Part shown: piece by piece, positions 61,988-64,000 of the stretch | Position numbering within the stretch: the stretch's first letter is position 1 | Layout of the letters: each line of letters opens with the position of its first letter | Assembly: GCA_051313645.2 (NCBI GenBank) | Contig: JBNRSN020000004.1 | Span: forward strand, 336,784,001-336,848,000 | Direction of reading: 5' to 3' | Length of the DNA: 64,000 nt | Source: Centroscyllium fabricii | Lineage: Eukaryota | Translations under genes and position numbers: made by a program | Notes under the pieces: generated by a model | The model's database searches: none | Told to the model about the DNA's origin: nothing | The model's input: the letters and a program-made list of their open reading frames with translations, nothing else

Positions 61988-62551
61988 ATGATATTGAACA
62001 CTTCTTTCAAATCTCCCCAACCTCCTCTGCTCTCAGGAGAACAACCCCAGTTTCTCTAGTCTCTCCACGTAACTAAAGACTTTCATCCCTGATATTATTC
62101 TAGTAAATCTAAACTGCACCCTCTCGATGGCCTTGACATCCTTCCTAAAGTGTGATGCCCAGAAGTGGTTACGATACTCTAGCTGGGGCCTAACTAGTGT
62201 TTTAAAGGTTTAACAAACTTCCTTGCTTTTGTACTCTATGGTGTCAATTTTAACTGAGCTGTGGAGGAGGGCTTAGAGCCTTGCGGGGGATTAAAATCGC
62301 TAAAACCAGCAGGCGGGACCCCCCCCCCCCCCCACCTGGTTCCCGACTCCGAGCTATTTTAATCCAGGCGTCCCAAATCTGTCCCACCTGCAACAGTGGC
62401 CTTTATAATACTATTTTAACCATTCCTTGCAATTTTAATGCTTTTCTCATGTGAAACATGCTTGGTGGGAATCATGCCTGTGAAACCTGGTGTGAGCACT
62501 ATTGGCATTAAAGAGGAGATTTGATCAGTCATCATTTGCAGATGGCAGGAC

Positions 62552-64000
62552 TGTCACAGGGTGCCTGTTCCTTTAAGAATTAGAAACAGTTTTTGCTGTT
62601 GCTCCACAGCTGTTTTGAGGAATGGGTTCCCTTGTTATGTCATTAACTGTTCTATTATCTGTGTATTTGCTAGTTGTGCTCTGCTCTCATTGCCTCGAGG
62701 TTATTGGCTATCACCAAATGGTATACTTGCTGGTTTTAGTATATAAACTGGAGGTAGGCTTGAGAGCAGCTGCGGGATCATTGTGTTGTAATGTGTTACT
62801 GAATTGGACTTCTACCACACATTCTTCAGGCCACTGGACGAAGTGGGTACTGCTGTTGAGCTGAGTGGCCGTCAGAGGCAAGGAGGTTGGGAGATCGACT
62901 GACTCAACTTTTACTTTGCACTCTGCTATTTCAGGTGCTCAGGCTGAGTTACCCGACAGGGGCATTGGGGTGGAACTCATATCACTCTGCCTTGACAGTG
63001 CGCCCTGCTATCGGGAACCCAGCAATGGACAACTCATCTGTGGAGTAAGGGCGTTCCCCTGCTTGTGGATCGGAATCCACTACTTGGACATTCGTTTCTT
63101 CATCCGAACCCAGGTTTGGACATTGGTGACCTGTATGCAGAAGCTGTTCCCAAATCCTCTACGAAGTAGGTGGATTGTGATGTCATGCTCGCAGAGGAGG
63201 ACCTGTTCGTTTCTCTTTAAGTGTTTGGATGGTGGTTGTCCAGCTTCTAGAGGAGAGCTCGTTTAAGTGGACAGTTATGCCTGGACTTGTATTTCTCGGG
63301 AGAATGACGCGCTTGGTTGTGTGGCACCCCTCTATCCATTACTCGCTATTTTGGGAAGTCTGTGCCAGTCTTTAGACAAGACTTGTGTTAAATATGTGTC
63401 TTATATAATTGTATATGTGTCTTATATAATTGTATGTTTATGGTATTCTATGGGGTTTTTGTGACAAAGGAGTTTTGCTATCTAAGACGTTTCAGTGTCT
63501 CTGCATTTGGGCCCCGCCTTCATTCCACTTACACCCAACCGTTACAGAATGATCCCGTCAAATGGGGCTCAGCAGACACTGTACCGTCTAAGCACTCCTT
63601 AAATTTTTTTTTTGTAGACTGTTGTCTCTTCTCTGTACCCTCCGCCCACCCTATTTCGGCTTATTGGGTATTTGGGCCGTCACTGTCGGCCCTTAAGGGG
63701 GGGGGTCCTGTCACAGGGTGCCTGTTCCTTTAAGAATTAGAAACAGTTTTTGCTGTTGCTCCACAGCTGTTTTGAGGAATGGGTTCCCTTGTTATGTCAT
63801 TAACTGTTCTATTACCTGTGTATTTGCTAGTTGTGTTCTGCTCTCATTGCCTCGAGGTTATTGGCTATCACCAAATGGTATACTTGCTGGTTTTAGTATA
63901 TAAACTGGAGGTAGGCTTGAGAGCAGCGCGGGATCATTGTGTTGTAATGTGTTACTGAATTGGACTTCTACCACACATTCTTCAGGCCACTGGACGAAGT
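62552..64000 (+). mobile_element. Non-autonomous LTR element with about 1-kb LTRs and a 148-bp interior; 3' LTR cut by the window end
   Basis: 62552 onward is repeated from 63709; the first copy ends ...CCCGTCA (63560) and is followed by PBS-like TGGGGCTC (63563) and PPT AAGGGGGGGGG (63695-63705). Confidence 0.75.

Noticed and set aside
63393-63436. 21-bp tandem duplication TATGTGTCTTATATAATTGTA
   Set aside because: Ordinary slippage duplication inside an LTR
62865-63733. Consecutive in-frame ORFs as an env-like gene
   Set aside because: They lie within the LTR and the short interior, are broken by stops, and show no signal peptide, furin site or fusion motif

Overview
This is eukaryotic, transposon-saturated DNA with no prokaryotic genes, rRNA/tRNA genes or CRISPR array. 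HE1-type V-SINEs, CR1/HER1-type LINE tails and a Deu-domain SINE point to a cartilaginous fish (inferred). The window holds six two-LTR Ty3/Gypsy retrotransposons with coding interiors (two Mag-like, one CsRn1-like, three of a separate lineage, one nested in another), the 3' end of a seventh, an internally deleted LTR derivative, a TRIM-like element, six solo LTRs, hAT, Tc1/mariner and PIF/Harbinger MITEs, LINE/SINE fragments, Penelope-type hammerhead repeats and one candidate host exon on the minus strand. The most unusual signal is the Gypsy lineage at 47063-61987. Its three divergent members have no tRNA primer-binding site. The sequence in that position is instead complementary, with compensatory changes, to each element's own AATAAA region, which suggests self-priming and/or occlusion of the poly(A) signal. 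They also share a U5-boundary hairpin, a hairpin that sequesters the PPT and a non-canonical YLDN reverse-transcriptase motif. Coordinates were read by eye; LTR and TSD boundaries should be near exact, while LINE/SINE fragment ends are approximate.
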